DNA from: Mustelus asterias
Taxonomy: Eukaryota
Direction: 5' to 3'
NCBI RefSeq assembly: GCF_964213995.1
Contig: NC_135830.1
Span: forward strand, 15,748,001-15,812,000
DNA: 64,000 bases
Shown here: positions 12,337-25,095 of the stretch, in pieces
Numbering within the stretch: the stretch's first letter is position 1
Layout of the letters: each line of letters opens with the position of its first letter
Notes under the pieces: generated by a model
Database searches by the model: none
What the model was told of the DNA's origin: nothing
The model's input: the letters and a program-made list of their open reading frames with translations, nothing else
Made by a program: the position numbers and the translations under genes

Positions 12337-13309
12337 AGAACCATAGAAAATTACAGCTCAGAAACATGCCTTTTGGCTCTTCTTGTCTGTGCCGAACCAT
12401 TTTTTGCCTCGTCCCACTGACCTGCACTTGGACCATATCCCTCCACACCCTTCTCATCCATGAACCCGTCCAAGTTTTTCTTAAATGTTAAAAGTGACCC
12501 CGCATTTACCACTTTATCCGGCAGCTCATTCCACACTCCCACCACTCTCTGCATGAAGAAGCCCCCCCTAATATTCCCTTTAAACTTTTCTCCTTTCATC
12601 CTTAACCCATGCCCTCTGGTTTTTTTCTCCCCTAGCCTCAGTGGAAAAAGCCTGCTTGCGTTCACTCTATCTATACCCATCAAAATCTTATACACCTCTA
12701 TCAAATCTCCCCTCAATCTTCTACGCTCCAGGGAATAAAGTCCCAACCTATTCAATCTCTCTCTGTAACTCAGCTTCTCAAGTCCCGGCAACATCCTTGT
12801 GAACCTTCTCTGCACTCTTTCAACCTTATTTATATCCTTCCTGTAACTCGGTGACCAAAACTGTACACAATACTCCAAATTTGGCCTCACCAATGCCTTA
12901 TATAACCTTACCATAACACTCCAACTTTTATACTCGATACTCCGATTTATAAAGGCCAATGTACCAAAGGCACTCTTTACGACCCTATCCACCTGTGATG
13001 TCACTTTTAGGGAATTCTGTACCTGTCTTCCCAGATCCCTCTATTCAACTGCACTCTTCAGAGTCCTACCATTTACCCTGTACGTTCTACTTTGGTTTGT
13101 CCTTCCAAAATGCAATATCTCACACTTGTCTGCGTTAAATTCCATTTGCCATTTTTCAGCCCATTTTTCTAGTTGGTCCAAATCCCTCTGCAAGCTTTGA
13201 AAACCTTCCTCACTGTCCACGACACCTCCAATCTTTGTATCATCAGCAAACTTGCTGATCTAATTTACCACATTATCATCCAGATCATTGATATAGATGA
13301 CAAACAACA
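12337..13309 (-). mobile_element. CR1 LINE 3' portion inserted in the tail of the preceding CR1
   Basis: ORF 12351-13004 is the RT C-terminus. The gttctttg tail of the host element resumes at 13311. Confidence 0.9.
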
Positions 13310-13974
13310 TGTTCTTTGACATGTTGCCAGGAAGAGAGATAGAGTTGTTGGCAAGCGAGTGGAGTTTGGAGAGGGGACTGAAGACAGTGGGTTCAGTCTT
13401 CCCAGTATTTATACGAAAGAAATTTCTGTTTGTTTAGTACTGGAAGTCAGATAAGTCAGGATGGTGTGTGAGTTGGGGGAACTCGGAGGTGATGGTGTTT
13501 ATACCCATCTGCTATCTCGGTCCTTCTTGTTGGTGAAGTTGAGGGTTTGTGAGATTCTGTCAAAGTTCTTGTCAAGTTGTAGATGTATAAAATCCCTTGC
13601 CTTCACCTCAGCCACTCCTACTTCTCTCTATCTCCTCCCAAAGTGCCAAAAGAGTCTTATGTAGACCCAGGCTGTGTGGCAGGTTTCATTCCCTGAAGGA
13701 TATCAGTGAACCAGTTGGGTTTGTATGACAATCCAGCAGCTTTCTTGGTTACCCTTTCCTCACGGCAGCTCCACAAATGAGCAGATTCATTCAGCTCAAT
13801 TTCACAACCCACCGTTGTGTTTTTGTGGGTTCTTTCTCACTCACTTTTTTCTGTTTTAAATCAATTTCACAGGGGTTTACAAGAAGAAGATTTGCAGTTG
13901 AGAAACTGAAACAAAATATGATATCAGAATCTGATGAGTCGGCCAATTTATTGTAACCTGAATATCATTGTATT

Positions 13975-14934
13975 TTGAAATTGGAAGAAAAAAGCACCGT
14001 TCACAGTGGAGAGAAACTGTACATGTGTTCTGTTTGTGGACAAGACTTCAACCAATCATCTGGCCTTTGGGAACATAATTGCAGTCACAACAGGGAAATG
14101 GCATGGAAGTGTGAGGATTGTGGGAAGGAATTCAATTACCCATCCCTGCTGGAAACTCATCGACGCAGTCACACTGGGGAGAGGCCATTCATCTGCTCTC
14201 AGTGTGGGAAGAGATTCACTCAGTTATCCAGCTTAAATATACATCAGAGGACTCATGCTGAGGAGAGGCCGTTTACCTGCTCCCAATGTGGGAAGGGATT
14301 CAATCAGTCATCCAACCTAGCAATACACCAGTGTGTTCACACTGGGGAGAAACCGTTCACCTGCTCTGAATGTGGGAAGGGATTTTCTCACTCATCCACT
14401 CTGCTGATACACCAGCGAACTCACACTCAGGAGAGGCCATTCACTTGCTCCCAGTGTGGGAAGGGATTTGCTGACTCATCTACTTTGTTGAAATACCAGC
14501 GAGTTCACACTGGGGAGAGGCCATTCACCTGTTCCCAGTGTGGAAAGGGATTTGCTCAGTCAGCCACCTTGTTCACACACCAGCGAATTCACACTGGGGA
14601 GAGGCCATTCACCTGCTCTGTGTGGGGGAAAGGATTCAGTCGGTCATCAACTCTGCTGACACACCAGCGAGTTCACACTGGGGAGAAACCATTCATCTGC
14701 TCTGTGTGTGGGAAAGGATTCAATCACTCATCCAACCTAGCAATACACCAGCGAATCCACACAGAGGAGAGGCCATTCACCTGCTCTGTGTGTGAGAAGG
14801 GATTCAATCAGTCATCTAAACTAGCAATACATCAGCGGGTTCACACTGGGGAGAGGCCGTTCACCTGCTTGCAGTGTGGGAAGGGATACGTTACCTCGTC
14901 GAATCTTCTGACGCACCAGCGAATTCACAACTAA
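13975..14934 (+). CDS. C2H2 zinc-finger protein, 11 fingers (2 degenerate)
   Basis: Open frame of 319 codons with acceptor aatttcacag at about 13871. The paralogous ATG (aacATGgaa) reads aaattggaa here, so the start is uncertain. Confidence 0.75.
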   Translation: MKLEEKSTVHSGEKLYMCSVCGQDFNQSSGLWEHNCSHNREMAWKCEDCGKEFNYPSLLETHRRSHTGERPFICSQCGKRFTQLSSLNIHQRTHAEERPFTCSQCGKGFNQSSNLAIHQCVHTGEKPFTCSECGKGFSHSSTLLIHQRTHTQERPFTCSQCGKGFADSSTLLKYQRVHTGERPFTCSQCGKGFAQSATLFTHQRIHTGERPFTCSVWGKGFSRSSTLLTHQRVHTGEKPFICSVCGKGFNHSSNLAIHQRIHTEERPFTCSVCEKGFNQSSKLAIHQRVHTGERPFTCLQCGKGYVTSSNLLTHQRIHN

Positions 14935-14955
14935 CTATTGTAATTGGATTTAAAA

Positions 14956-15730
14956 TTAGGGAGAAACCATGAAAATGTGCAGACCGTGAGGAGAGTTTCA
15001 GTTACCTGTCAGAGCTGGAAGCACCGGGGACTGTTTGAAGATGGAGGGTTTCTACAAGCTGCTCTAAGACTTGTCTTCTCTCTGAAAGCTTCAGGACAGT
15101 CTATACTCATTATAGCAAGTATATTTATGGTTTCTAACTGTAATTGAAGTGGCATCTACATCTTTGAGGAATGTTGCATATTTGGAACTGAAATTGTGCT
15201 AAATTAGAAATTAAAGTTGTTTCCTTTCACTTTTAAATATTGTTCAACTGTTAATAGTTAAGCTGCTTCATTTTATGGAATTATATTTAAGCTGTTATTA
15301 AATAAAGTTTGTTTTACCATGAAAGATTCCTAATTTGTCAGTGGAATTACTCCTGGAGTGAAGCATCCTATCCTCACATTTATGCCAAAATAGAAAACTT
15401 TGTTTGGATCTAATCTGGCTTCCGAACATAATTTATGGGTTCTGGTCCAGGACACTTTTGGAAGGGATTCACTCAATAATCTACCCTCCAACCACCCCCG
15501 CTTCACACTGAGGAGAGACCTTTTAAATGCCCAGACTGTGAGAACTGCTATAAAAGCTGTGGAAAAGTGATGTCTCATCAATGTGTTCACGCTGATGAGA
15601 GACCATTCAGCTGCTTTTACTGTGAGACAGGGTTCAGGGAATCATTCCAACTCACTGTCCACCAGCGAGTTCACACTGGGGAGAGGCTATTCACCTGCTC
15701 TGAGTTTGGGAAGAGATTCACTCAGTTTTG
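14956..15730 (+). pseudogene. Degenerate ZNF remnant interrupted by an LTR-like fragment (about 15025-15455)
   Basis: GEKP/HTGER codon remnants flank an AT-rich insert containing aataaagtttgtttt. Confidence 0.6.
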
Positions 15731-17007
15731 AGGTTCGATTTCCAGTATCGACATTACCTTATTTTGATCTGATTTTTTGTTTGATTTATTATTGTTGCAT
15801 GTATTGGGATCCAGTGAACAGTATTGTTTCTTGCGCGCCATACAGACAAAGCCTACCGTTCCAGCATTTTCTGTTTTAGTTCCTTTTGAAGGGTTCTCCC
15901 TCTCTCCTCCATCCTCACCGACAACAAGAAGTCTGAGGAGCTCATGGAGCTCCTTTGTCACTAAAATGGAGACAACCTGATCAGCTGCCTCTGTTGTTTC
16001 CCTCCCTTCCACTGGGTCAAACTGTGTCTAACAATTTTCCCAAGCTTAAACTCATCTTTCTTTAGTTTCTCTCTGTCAAGCAGTAGATTTAGTAATCTAT
16101 ATTTGTATTATTGGATATTAGAAATAAGGTATAGATTTAAGTGAGTTTAATTCGGTGTTTCTGTGTACAGAAGGGTTAAAACTTTCATAGATTAATGTTA
16201 AATAAAGGTGTTTGCATGTATGAGGTTTTGGTTTCATTTCAAACTGTGCCCGTATTCTGTTTAGAGAATTTACAATGTGAAAACACACAAGTGTAAAAAA
16301 AGATTAGGTTGTTACTTGGCAACCAGTGGCCATTTTGGGTTCGAAAGAATTTCTGAGTTAGCTGAAGAGGAAACTGCCAGAAACATGAGGCACAACAATG
16401 GAGTAAGGGCAAGAAAGAAAGTCCCAGAAGTTTAAGAACAGATAGTTCTAGAAATCAGGGCATGAAAAAAGTCTGAGGAAAACTGAAGTCAAAGGGAATC
16501 TGAACAAGATTCTGTTCCCTGAAGTTAAAGGGGCAAAGAGTGGTTTCCAGTTAAAGGCAACACACATGGTGATGTTGGCTGGTGAAAAGCCAGACTCTGA
16601 AGTAATCCTAAGCTTGGGGACTTTGGTACCACCTGTGAAACAGTAGTGTTCTGTTGACATGGCTGGGTACCTGAGAGATTGCGTGGAAGCTTGAATGCAT
16701 GTGATAATCTAAGGCAGAAGAATAGTGAAAGGAGAGATTGAAATCCTGGAAGTGGATCCTTGCTGAAAAGATCTGAGAGAGCGCATTTTTTGGGAGAACA
16801 TTTTCGAAAGTGGATCTGGTTGATGAAAATTTCTGCGCACCAATTTCAATGACCATGTTACAATTCATGACGTTACACATGGCAGAATCTCAGCGTGATT
16901 ACTCAGCATCAGGTTATACTCTGAACCGGTGCAGTGCAAATGGTGGAACTTACTGATCAAGAACTGGTCAGAGATTACATTGAATCACAGACAATTCTCT
17001 CATTCTT

Positions 17008-17298
17008 GGGCGACACAGTGATTAGCACTGCTGACTCACGGGTTCGAATCCCGGCTTGGGTCACTGTCTGTGTGGAGTTTGCACATTCTCCCCGTGTCTG
17101 CATGGGTTTGCTCCGGTTTCCTTCCACAGTCCAAAGATGTGTGGGTTAAGTGGATTGGCCATGCTAAATTGCCCTGAGTGTCAGGGGGGCTAGCTAGGAT
17201 AAATGCACGAGGTTATGGGGAGAGGGCCTGGGTGGGATTGTGGTGGGTGCAGACTCAATGGGCCGAATGGCCTCCTTCTACACTGTAGGGATTCTATG
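17008..17298 (+). mobile_element. HE1 SINE
   Basis: V-domain and tail gggccgaatggcctccttctacactgtagggattctatg. Confidence 0.85.
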
Positions 17299-18813
17299 AA
17301 TATCCAGACCAGAAAGACATTGTTCGGTTTAACTAGTCTGTGCTGGGGTTTATATTTCATACAAGACACCTCCCATTCCATCTCCCTCATTTCAGCCTTT
17401 CAGCTCATCTTTCTAATCTCCTTTCCCTCATGTACTCATCACATTTCCTTTTTAAACGATGAGTTGTCCAGCTAGTTCCTGTGGCAGTGAATTTCACATT
17501 GTAATCAATCTCTGAGTATAGATGGTGAGTGACTTGGAGAGGAACGTGCAGGTGATGATGTTCCCATGCATTTGCTGCCCTTCTCCAAGGTGCTGGAGGT
17601 TGCGGGTTTGCAAGATGCTGTCAAAGAAGCCTTGGTGAGTGCTTGCAGTGAATCTTGTAGGTGGTACACACAGCTGCCACGTGAGTCAGTGTTGGAGGGA
17701 GTAGATGTTTGTAGAAGGATTGCCAATCAAGCTGCTTTGTCTTGGATGGTGTTGAGCTTCCTGAGTTGTTGGAGCTGCACTAATTCAGAAAATTGGAGCT
17801 TATTCAATTAGACAGAAGAGTTGTGCCTTGTAGATGCTGGACTTTGGGGAGAAAGATTAAACAGACCTTTTAATGGAAAATTTACCTGATCTGGCCCAGA
17901 CACCACGAGGAGATGGAAATGGGATGTGTTCTGATTCTCAATTGAAACCCGACCCAACTGAAAAGGTGAACATTGAAGACTCGAACACGGAGGGAGGTAT
18001 GTCTGTTAGTGTTCTTCAGCAGTGGAAGTGGGGATCAGGATTGTGCTGGAAGAACAGGAGTGATGGTGAAATGAGTCAGCAAATAGGGAATGGTTATTTA
18101 ACCACCAGCTCGGGTTACTGAAGCCTGAATATTGTGGGAGAGAAAAGGCGAGAGTGTTGCAGAGTTTAAAGTGGAACAAGAGAGTCTTAAGCTGGTGAAG
18201 TCAGTGAAATCTGAGTCTCGTCTTTGTCTGCTGTCATTTTACAGAGGCCCCGTTTTGCTGAAACCAATCGAGAAAACGCTGGAAAATCTCAGCAGGTTTA
18301 GCAGCATCTGTCAAGAGAGAAAAGAGCTGATGTTTCGAGTCTGGATGACCCTTTGACAAAGTTTTTTCTCTTTTGGTTTCAGATTCAGCATCCGCAGTAA
18401 TTTGCTTTTATCCCATTTTGCTCAAACTCTTTATTTCCACAGTTACAGAATCAGTGAAAAGACATGACACATTCTTCACAGCAGCATCAAACTCACACTG
18501 ACTGTTTCCTCACTCACCTCGAGGTTATCGATTCGCCTCCGGCCTCTTCCGTTCACTCCTGCTTCGGGTGTAGTCTCAGAATGGGGAGGGGGAGGATTAG
18601 TGACCACCTCCCCGCACCCCCCTCCCCCCACAAACACACACAGAGGAACGACTCAAACACAATCATTAAATAAAGCGAAAGCAGACATACATGTTTTGTG
18701 TGTGTGTGTGTGTATGTGCTTGCACACAGGTACACACACACACATGAACTGAAATGCGTGTACACCCACACAGACACACACTCAGACACAAGCGTGCATG
18801 CTCACAGACAAAA

Positions 18814-19457
18814 TCGTAGGATTGCTACAGTGCAGAAGAGACCATTCAGCCCTTTGAGTCTGCACTGACTCTCTGACAGAGCATCTTACCCAGGCCCTAT
18901 TCCCGTTACCCCATATATTTACCCCACTAATCACCCTGATCCACATATTTTGTTACATAAAGCAGCAATTTAGCATTAGCATGGTCAATCCACCTAACCA
19001 GCACATATTGAAGTTTGGGAGGAAACCAGAGCCCCCGGAGGAAACCCATGCAGACACGGGGAGAACGTGCCAACTCCACACAGACACGGGCGACACAATG
19101 GGGAGCACTGCTGCCTCACAGCACCAGGGACCTGGGTTCAAATCAAGCCTCAGGTTGTGTGAAGTTTGTGCATTCTCCCCGTGTTTGTGAGAGTTTCCTC
19201 CAGTTTCCACCCACACTCCAAAGACGTGTGATTGAGGTGGATTGGCCGTGCTAAATTGCCCCTTAGTGTCGGGGATATGATCAGTGTCAATACGTGGGGT
19301 TATGGGGATAGGGCCTGGGTGGGATTGTTGTTGGTGCAGGCTCGGTGGGCCGATTGGTCTCTTCCTGCATTGTAGGGATTCTATGATTTATCCGAGGCTG
19401 GAATCGAACCCAGGGCCCTGGCGCTGTGAGGGTAACCACCGTGCCACCATGCTGCCC
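18814..19457. mobile_element. Minus-strand HE1 with a plus-strand HE1 (about 19088-19386) inserted
   Basis: The minus copy breaks at cacacagacac and resumes at ccgaggctggaatcgaacc. Confidence 0.8.
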
Positions 19458-19469
19458 AGGTGGGCACAC

Positions 19470-19760
19470 AGACAGCTGCACACACCACACTGTCAATCAC
19501 CTGCCTCCAGCTGTCAGTGCTGGGGAAGTGAAACCAAGCTCCCCCCTATCTCACTCACTGCTGTGTCAGGTGGATAGTAAAATCCCCCGGCCACTACTGG
19601 ATGGAGCGAAGGAGAGCTCCCGCTGGTTTCAGAGGGCCGATCTTTATCCTTCAAACAGCCTAACATTTGGTGGTTATCCGACAGTTTGTGGGATCTGCTG
19701 TGTGCAGTGCCTGCCGGGTTTCCCAGGTGAACAGCAGTGACTGTGTTTTGGAAACAGGAA
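19470..19760 (+). mobile_element. Ancient DeuSINE (SacSINE1/AmnSINE1-like) remnant
   Basis: caggtggat..aaaatccc..ggccact..tttatccttcaa..gtttgtgggatctgctgtgtgca..cagtgact resembles the Deu domain as recalled. A second fragment lies at about 47085-47160. Confidence 0.55.
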
Positions 19761-20378
19761 GCTGCTGTGTTGATTCAGAGCAGACTGGGACAACCCAGAA
19801 CAAGCACAGGAGCTAAATCATTCCCTCCTTTCGATGTTCCCGCCTGCCGTTCTGTGGGAAGAGATGGTGACTGCACAGCAAGATCCCACAAGGCACGATG
19901 CAACACACAGCCAGGGAACTTAATTTCAGAGACGGTTTGAGGGACCCCTGGGAGAACCTGTTACAGCAGCTTGAATCTCAGGAACAGGTTACACAAATCT
20001 GTGACCTTCTGACCTGGGTGAGAGAGAGAATGAGAGGCACCAGGATAAGCCTGGAATGACTGATCAAGGAACCTCCAGTCCCATCGTCAACTCCAACAGG
20101 TCCCTTATCCGAGGCTCAGCAAAGGGGGTCAACATGATAAACAACTGAATACCCAGTGAAAAAATACACAGTCCCTGCTGTCAATATCTCCGGCCATTCC
20201 ACATCGGTCACAGGTACACGGGCCAATGTCTATCTCTGTGTGCGTGGGGGACAGTGATGGGAGGGCATGTTACCTACAGAAAGCCTGGTCCCAGGTTAGC
20301 CAGACGGCAGCAGGTTGTGTCCGGTGTCGATCGTCCTCGGGCCGTGTCTCAGCGAGCGATAGGAGGAGAGTGGGACCA

Positions 20379-20414
20379 TCACAGGACCAGGCCCCCGCCT
20401 GTGTTCTCCACTCT
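20379..20414 (-). CDS. EMC4: EMC4 exon 5 coding part (RVENTGGGLVL*)
   Basis: Acceptor ctcctttcacacag. Matches the vertebrate C-terminus (human RMEFSGGGLLL as recalled). Confidence 0.9.
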   Translation of the reverse strand, partial: RVENTGGGLVL

Positions 20415-20496
20415 CTGTGTGAAAGGAGAAGGTGGTAAGAATCGGAGTGGGAATGGCTTCTGTCGAGCCTGCTCCACTATTCATCATCAACCTCAT

Positions 20497-20850
20497 CTCC
20501 ACTTTCCCTGCCCTCCTCCCCATCCTTCAATTTCCAAAGATAACTCCACTTTCCCCGCACTCCTCCCCATCCCTCAATTCCCAAAGATATCCCCACTTTC
20601 CCCGCACTCAATTCCCAAAGATATCTCCACTTTCCCCGCACTCCTCCCCATCCCTCAATTCCCAAAGATATCCCCACTTTCCCCGCACTCCTCCCCATTC
20701 TTCAATTCCCAAAGATATCTCCACTTTACCCACAGTCTTCCCCCATCCCTCAATTCCCAAAGATATCCCCACTTTCCCCACACTCTTCCTCCTATCTCTC
20801 AATTCCCAAAGATATCCCCACTTTCCCTGCACTCCTCCCCATCCCTCATT
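20497..20850. repeat. About 47-bp C-rich minisatellite, about 7.5 copies, in EMC4 intron 4
   Basis: Unit tccccactttccccgcactcctccccatccctcaattcccaaagata. Confidence 0.9.
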
Positions 20851-21197
20851 TGTTTTTGTTCAATTGTGGGATATGGACATCTCTGACTGGCCAGCATTTA
20901 TTGCCCATCCCTAGTTGCTCGAGGGCTGTTGAGAGTCAACTACGTTGCTGTGGCTCTGGAGTCACATGCAGGCCAGACCAGGTAAGGGCGGCAGATTTCC
21001 TGTGGTTGACTCTCAACTGCCCTCCAAGAGCAACTAGGGATGGACAATAAATGCTGACCAGCCAGTGATGCCCATGTCCCACAAATGAATAAAAAGAATT
21101 GGGCCCAATCTATTCAACCTCTCAGGCTCCACAGCCCTGAATGGTTTCCTCTTCCTATTTTCCTGGCTCCCCCTCACATACAGAGTGCGGATCTCAC

Positions 21198-21358
21198 CTG
21201 GGGCGGCTGGATGAATGCCAGCCAGTCAGAGGCATGTGTGGGCAGCAGCCCCATTGCCTGGCACTTGTAGATGGCCAGGGCCAACCCCAGCAGGTTGCCG
21301 ATGAAGTAGATGAGACACTGCAGCCAGTGATGATTCGAATTCCCCAGGACCCTAAAGA
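21198..21358 (-). CDS. EMC4: EMC4 exon 4
   Basis: [53 protein letters not shown], flanked by ctctcag| and |gtgag. Confidence 0.95.
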
Positions 21359-21399
21359 CTGAGAGCGAGAATGGAAAAGCAGGAAGTTCAGGAACAGGT

Positions 21400-22800
21400 G
21401 AGAACCTTTCCTCATAACACAGCCCATCCATTTTAGGTATCAGTGTCTGGTAAACCGTCTCTGAACTGTCTCCAGCATACTTGCACACTTCCTTAAATAA
21501 GGTGACCAATACTGCACACAGTACTCCAGATGTGGTCTCACTAGTGACCTGTACAACTGAAGCATAACCTCCCTAGTTCTGTATTTAATTCCCATCACAA
21601 TGAATGATAACATTCTATTAGTTTTCCTAATTACTTGCTGTACCTGCATATTAGCCTTTTGTGATTTATGCACTCAGACACCCAGATCTTGATCAATTGG
21701 GCCAGTGGGCTGACGAATGGCAGATGGAGTTTAATTTAGACAAATGCGAGGTGATGCATTTTGGTAGATTGAACCAGGGCAGGACTTACTCAGTTAATGG
21801 TAGGGCGTTGGGGAGAGTTACAGAACAAAGAGATCTAGGGGCACATGTTCATAGCTCCTTGAAAGTGGAGTCACAGGTGGACAGAGTGGTGAAGAAGGCA
21901 TTCAGCATGCTTGGTTTCATTGGTCAGAACATTGAATACAGGAGTTGGAATGTCTTGTTGAAGTTTTACAAGACATTGGTAAGGCCGCACTTGCAATACT
22001 GTGTGCAGTTCCTATTATAGAAAGGATATTATTAAACTAGAAAGAGTGCAGAAAAGATTTACCAGGATGCTACCGGGACTTGATGGATTGAGTTATAAGG
22101 AGAGGCTGGATAGACTGGGACGTTTTTCTCTGGAGCGTAGGAGGCTGAGGTATGATCTTCTAGAGGTCTATAAAATAATGAGGGGGCACAGATCAACTAG
22201 ATAGTCAATATCTTTTCCCAAAGGTAGGGGAGTCTAAAACTGGAGGGCATAGGTTTAAGGTGAGAGGGGAGAGATACAAAAGTGTCCAGAGGGGCAGTTT
22301 TTTCACACAGAGGGTGGTGAGTGTCTGGAACAAGCTGCCAGAGGTAGTAGCAGAGGCAGGTACAATTTTGTCTTTTAAAAAGCATTTAGATAGTTACATG
22401 GGTACGATGGGTTTAGAGGGATATGGGCCAAATGCGGGCAATTGGGATTAGGTTCGGGGTTTTAAAAAAGAAAGGGCGGCATGGACAAGTTGGGCCGAAG
22501 GGCCTGTTTTCATGCTGTAAACCTCTATGACTCTCTGACTCAATCCCTCTGAATCTCTGAGCTCTGCAATCTCTCAAAATTTAGACAAAATGCTTATTTT
22601 TCATTCTTCCTGCCGAAATGGACAATCTCACATTTGCCCACATTCTACTCCATTTGCCAGATATTTCCCCACTCACTTAACCTTTCTATCTTTCTGTACT
22701 CTCTGTATGTCCTCTTCACAACTTACTTTCCCATATATCTGTGTGTCATCGGCAAATTTGCCAAACATCCCTTCATCCAGTCATTCATATAAATTTCATT
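21400..22800. mobile_element. Old minus-strand CR1 with a plus-strand CR1 (about 21688-22540) inserted
   Basis: RT C-terminal motifs on both strands (ORFs 21440-21673 minus, 21661-22451 plus). Tail ctctatgact. Confidence 0.85.
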
Positions 22801-22989
22801 CCTTGCCTCAAATTTGATTCCTTTTCCACTATTTAGTTTGAAACCGTCTCTATTTTCCTCATCATGGGGTTCACAAGAACACCGGCCCCAGCACAGTTCA
22901 GATGTAGACTGTCCCAATGGTACAGATCCACTTTACCCAGTACTGCTGTCAGTGTCCCATGAACCAGAACCCACCTCCCACACCAGTTA

Positions 22990-23593
22990 GGGCAGCACAG
23001 TGGCACGTACTGCTGCCTCACAACACCAGGGACTCGGTTCTATACTGGCTTAGAATCCCTACAATTCAGAAGGAGGCCATTCAGCCCATCGCTTCTGCAC
23101 CGACCATAATCCCACCCAGGCCCTATCCCTGTAACACAACGTATTTACTCTGTTAGTCCCCCTGACACTATGGGAGAACTTACCATAGCCAATCAATTTA
23201 ACCCGCACATCTTTGAACTGTGGGAGGAAACCGGAGGACCCGGAGATAGACAGAGAACATGAAAACTCCACACACACAGTCACTCGACGCCGGAATTGAA
23301 CCTGGGTCCCTGGCGCTGTGAGGCAGCAGTGCTAACCACTGTGCCACCGTACCGCCCCTTGGGTCACTATCTGTGCAGAGTTTGCACGTTCACCCCGTAT
23401 CTGTGTGGGTTTTCTCCGGGTGCTCCGGTTTTCTCCCAGTCTGAAAGATGTGCTGGTTAGGTGCACTGGCCATGCTAAATTCTCCCTCAGTGTAACCCGA
23501 ACACGTACTGGAGTGTGGCGACTCGGGGATTCTCACAGTAACTTCATTGCAGTGTTAACGTGAGCCTACTTGTGACACTAATAAATAAACTTT
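22990..23593. mobile_element. Type-B HE1-like SINE (+) interrupted by HE1 (-, about 23051-23357)
   Basis: The head ends ggctt and resumes cttgggtcact. Confidence 0.8.
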
Positions 23594-23608
23594 AATGCAG
23601 CCTTTCAG

Positions 23609-24360
23609 TCACGCATTCATCCCTCTGATCTGGTCTGTCCTATACCTATTAGCATGTGGCTCAGGTAATAATTCAGAGATTATAACCATTGAGGTTCTGC
23701 TTCTTAATTTAGTGCTTAGGTCCTCATATCGACACTGAAAACCTCCTTCTTTATCTCTGTTGTTCATACCTACATTGACGAGGACAACTGGAAGCTTCCC
23801 CTCTCCACTGAAAGTTCTTCTCCAGCCCTGATCAGATGTCCTGAGCCCCGGCCCCAGACAGGCACCACAGCTGCCTTGATTCACATTCTTTGCTGCAGAG
23901 AATGTGTCAATCCCTCTGACTATACTGTCCCCCATTATCACTGCATTCCTTTTTGCTCTCCTCACTAGAATGGTTTCCTGTACCACAGTGCCATGGGTAA
24001 TTGGTTCATCCACCCTGCAGCTCCCACTCATCCAAACAAGCTGAAAATACCTCAAACTGGCTGGACAATGGTAAAGGCTCCTGTCTGTGAGTTCCCTAAT
24101 CTGTCTCACTCTCCTGTTCCTGACCACTGACCAAATCAGCAGACCCTGGGCCAAGAGGTGTGACTGCTCCCTGATACAAAGAATCCAGGTAACCTTCCCC
24201 CTCCCTGATGCATTGCAGTGTCTGTAGTTCAGCCTCCAGCTCATAAACTCTGAACCAGAGCTGCTTGAACTTCACTTACTGCAGACATGGTTGCCCTGGA
24301 TCAAACTGACAGCCAGGAGCTCCCACACGCTGCAGCTGTGACACATCACCTGTCCTCCCA
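23609..24360 (-). mobile_element. CR1 ORF1 remnant (SGNH esterase domain)
   Basis: AVIMGDSIVRGID...CLGPG...VVLVNVGMN...VIISELLP. Confidence 0.75.
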
Positions 24361-24727
24361 TCTTTAATGTGTGCGAATAAACTGTTCAATTATTTTACCC
24401 AATTACATATTTTATTTTTGTTTTCAAGTATTTTAGTTTTTAAGTATTTTATTAACCTTACCACCAGTTGCTGTATTATTTTAATCCTTAAGAATAGAAT
24501 AAACCTTCGTCACTTAGCAGATCCTCACCAAAAATCTAGCTTCTTCTCCTGTAGAAGAGTAAGATCACTTCCTGACGGCTGAGAAAGTTAGAAAGCAAAA
24601 CAGCACCTCTTTCCCTTCCTTCTCTAACTCCCTTAATTACCCAACTCCCAGAACTCTATTCTAAGCTGCATTCAAGTGATGCCGGTTCAGAGCTGTTTCT
24701 GAGCTGCAGATTCAATATAGTACTCAC

Positions 24728-24881
24728 TTGCAGACATGGACATCAAGGCCTGTATGGGTCTCCAGGCCATCATGCACACCATCATGATAGGGAGGATGGA
24801 GATGGTGTTGCCAGCCATGTACATGGTGAACAGATTCATGGGCAGCTGTTTCAATGGGCCCAAGGCAATGTCCCAGCAGCG
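24728..24881 (-). CDS. EMC4: EMC4 exon 3
   Basis: [51 protein letters not shown], flanked by ttttcag| and |gtgagt. Confidence 0.95.
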
Positions 24882-25095
24882 CTGAAAACAGAAAGTGAGC
24901 AGGGTATCAGTAAAGAGAGACGGTTTGGGGAGGTCATATGCTGATCTTATACCCGGGCCTGGAAGTTAGGATGATGATTAACACAACAAGTCCCTTTATC
25001 ACACAGGCTGCTGTGGTTCACCAAGGTACTTCACCATCATGGACAAACCAGACGTTGTCAGCCACACACTAAAGACACATTCAAATCCAACTTAC

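Noticed and set aside
20254-20914. Pro/Ser-rich 210-aa and 160-aa ORFs
   Set aside because: Translations of the 47-bp minisatellite, antisense to EMC4.
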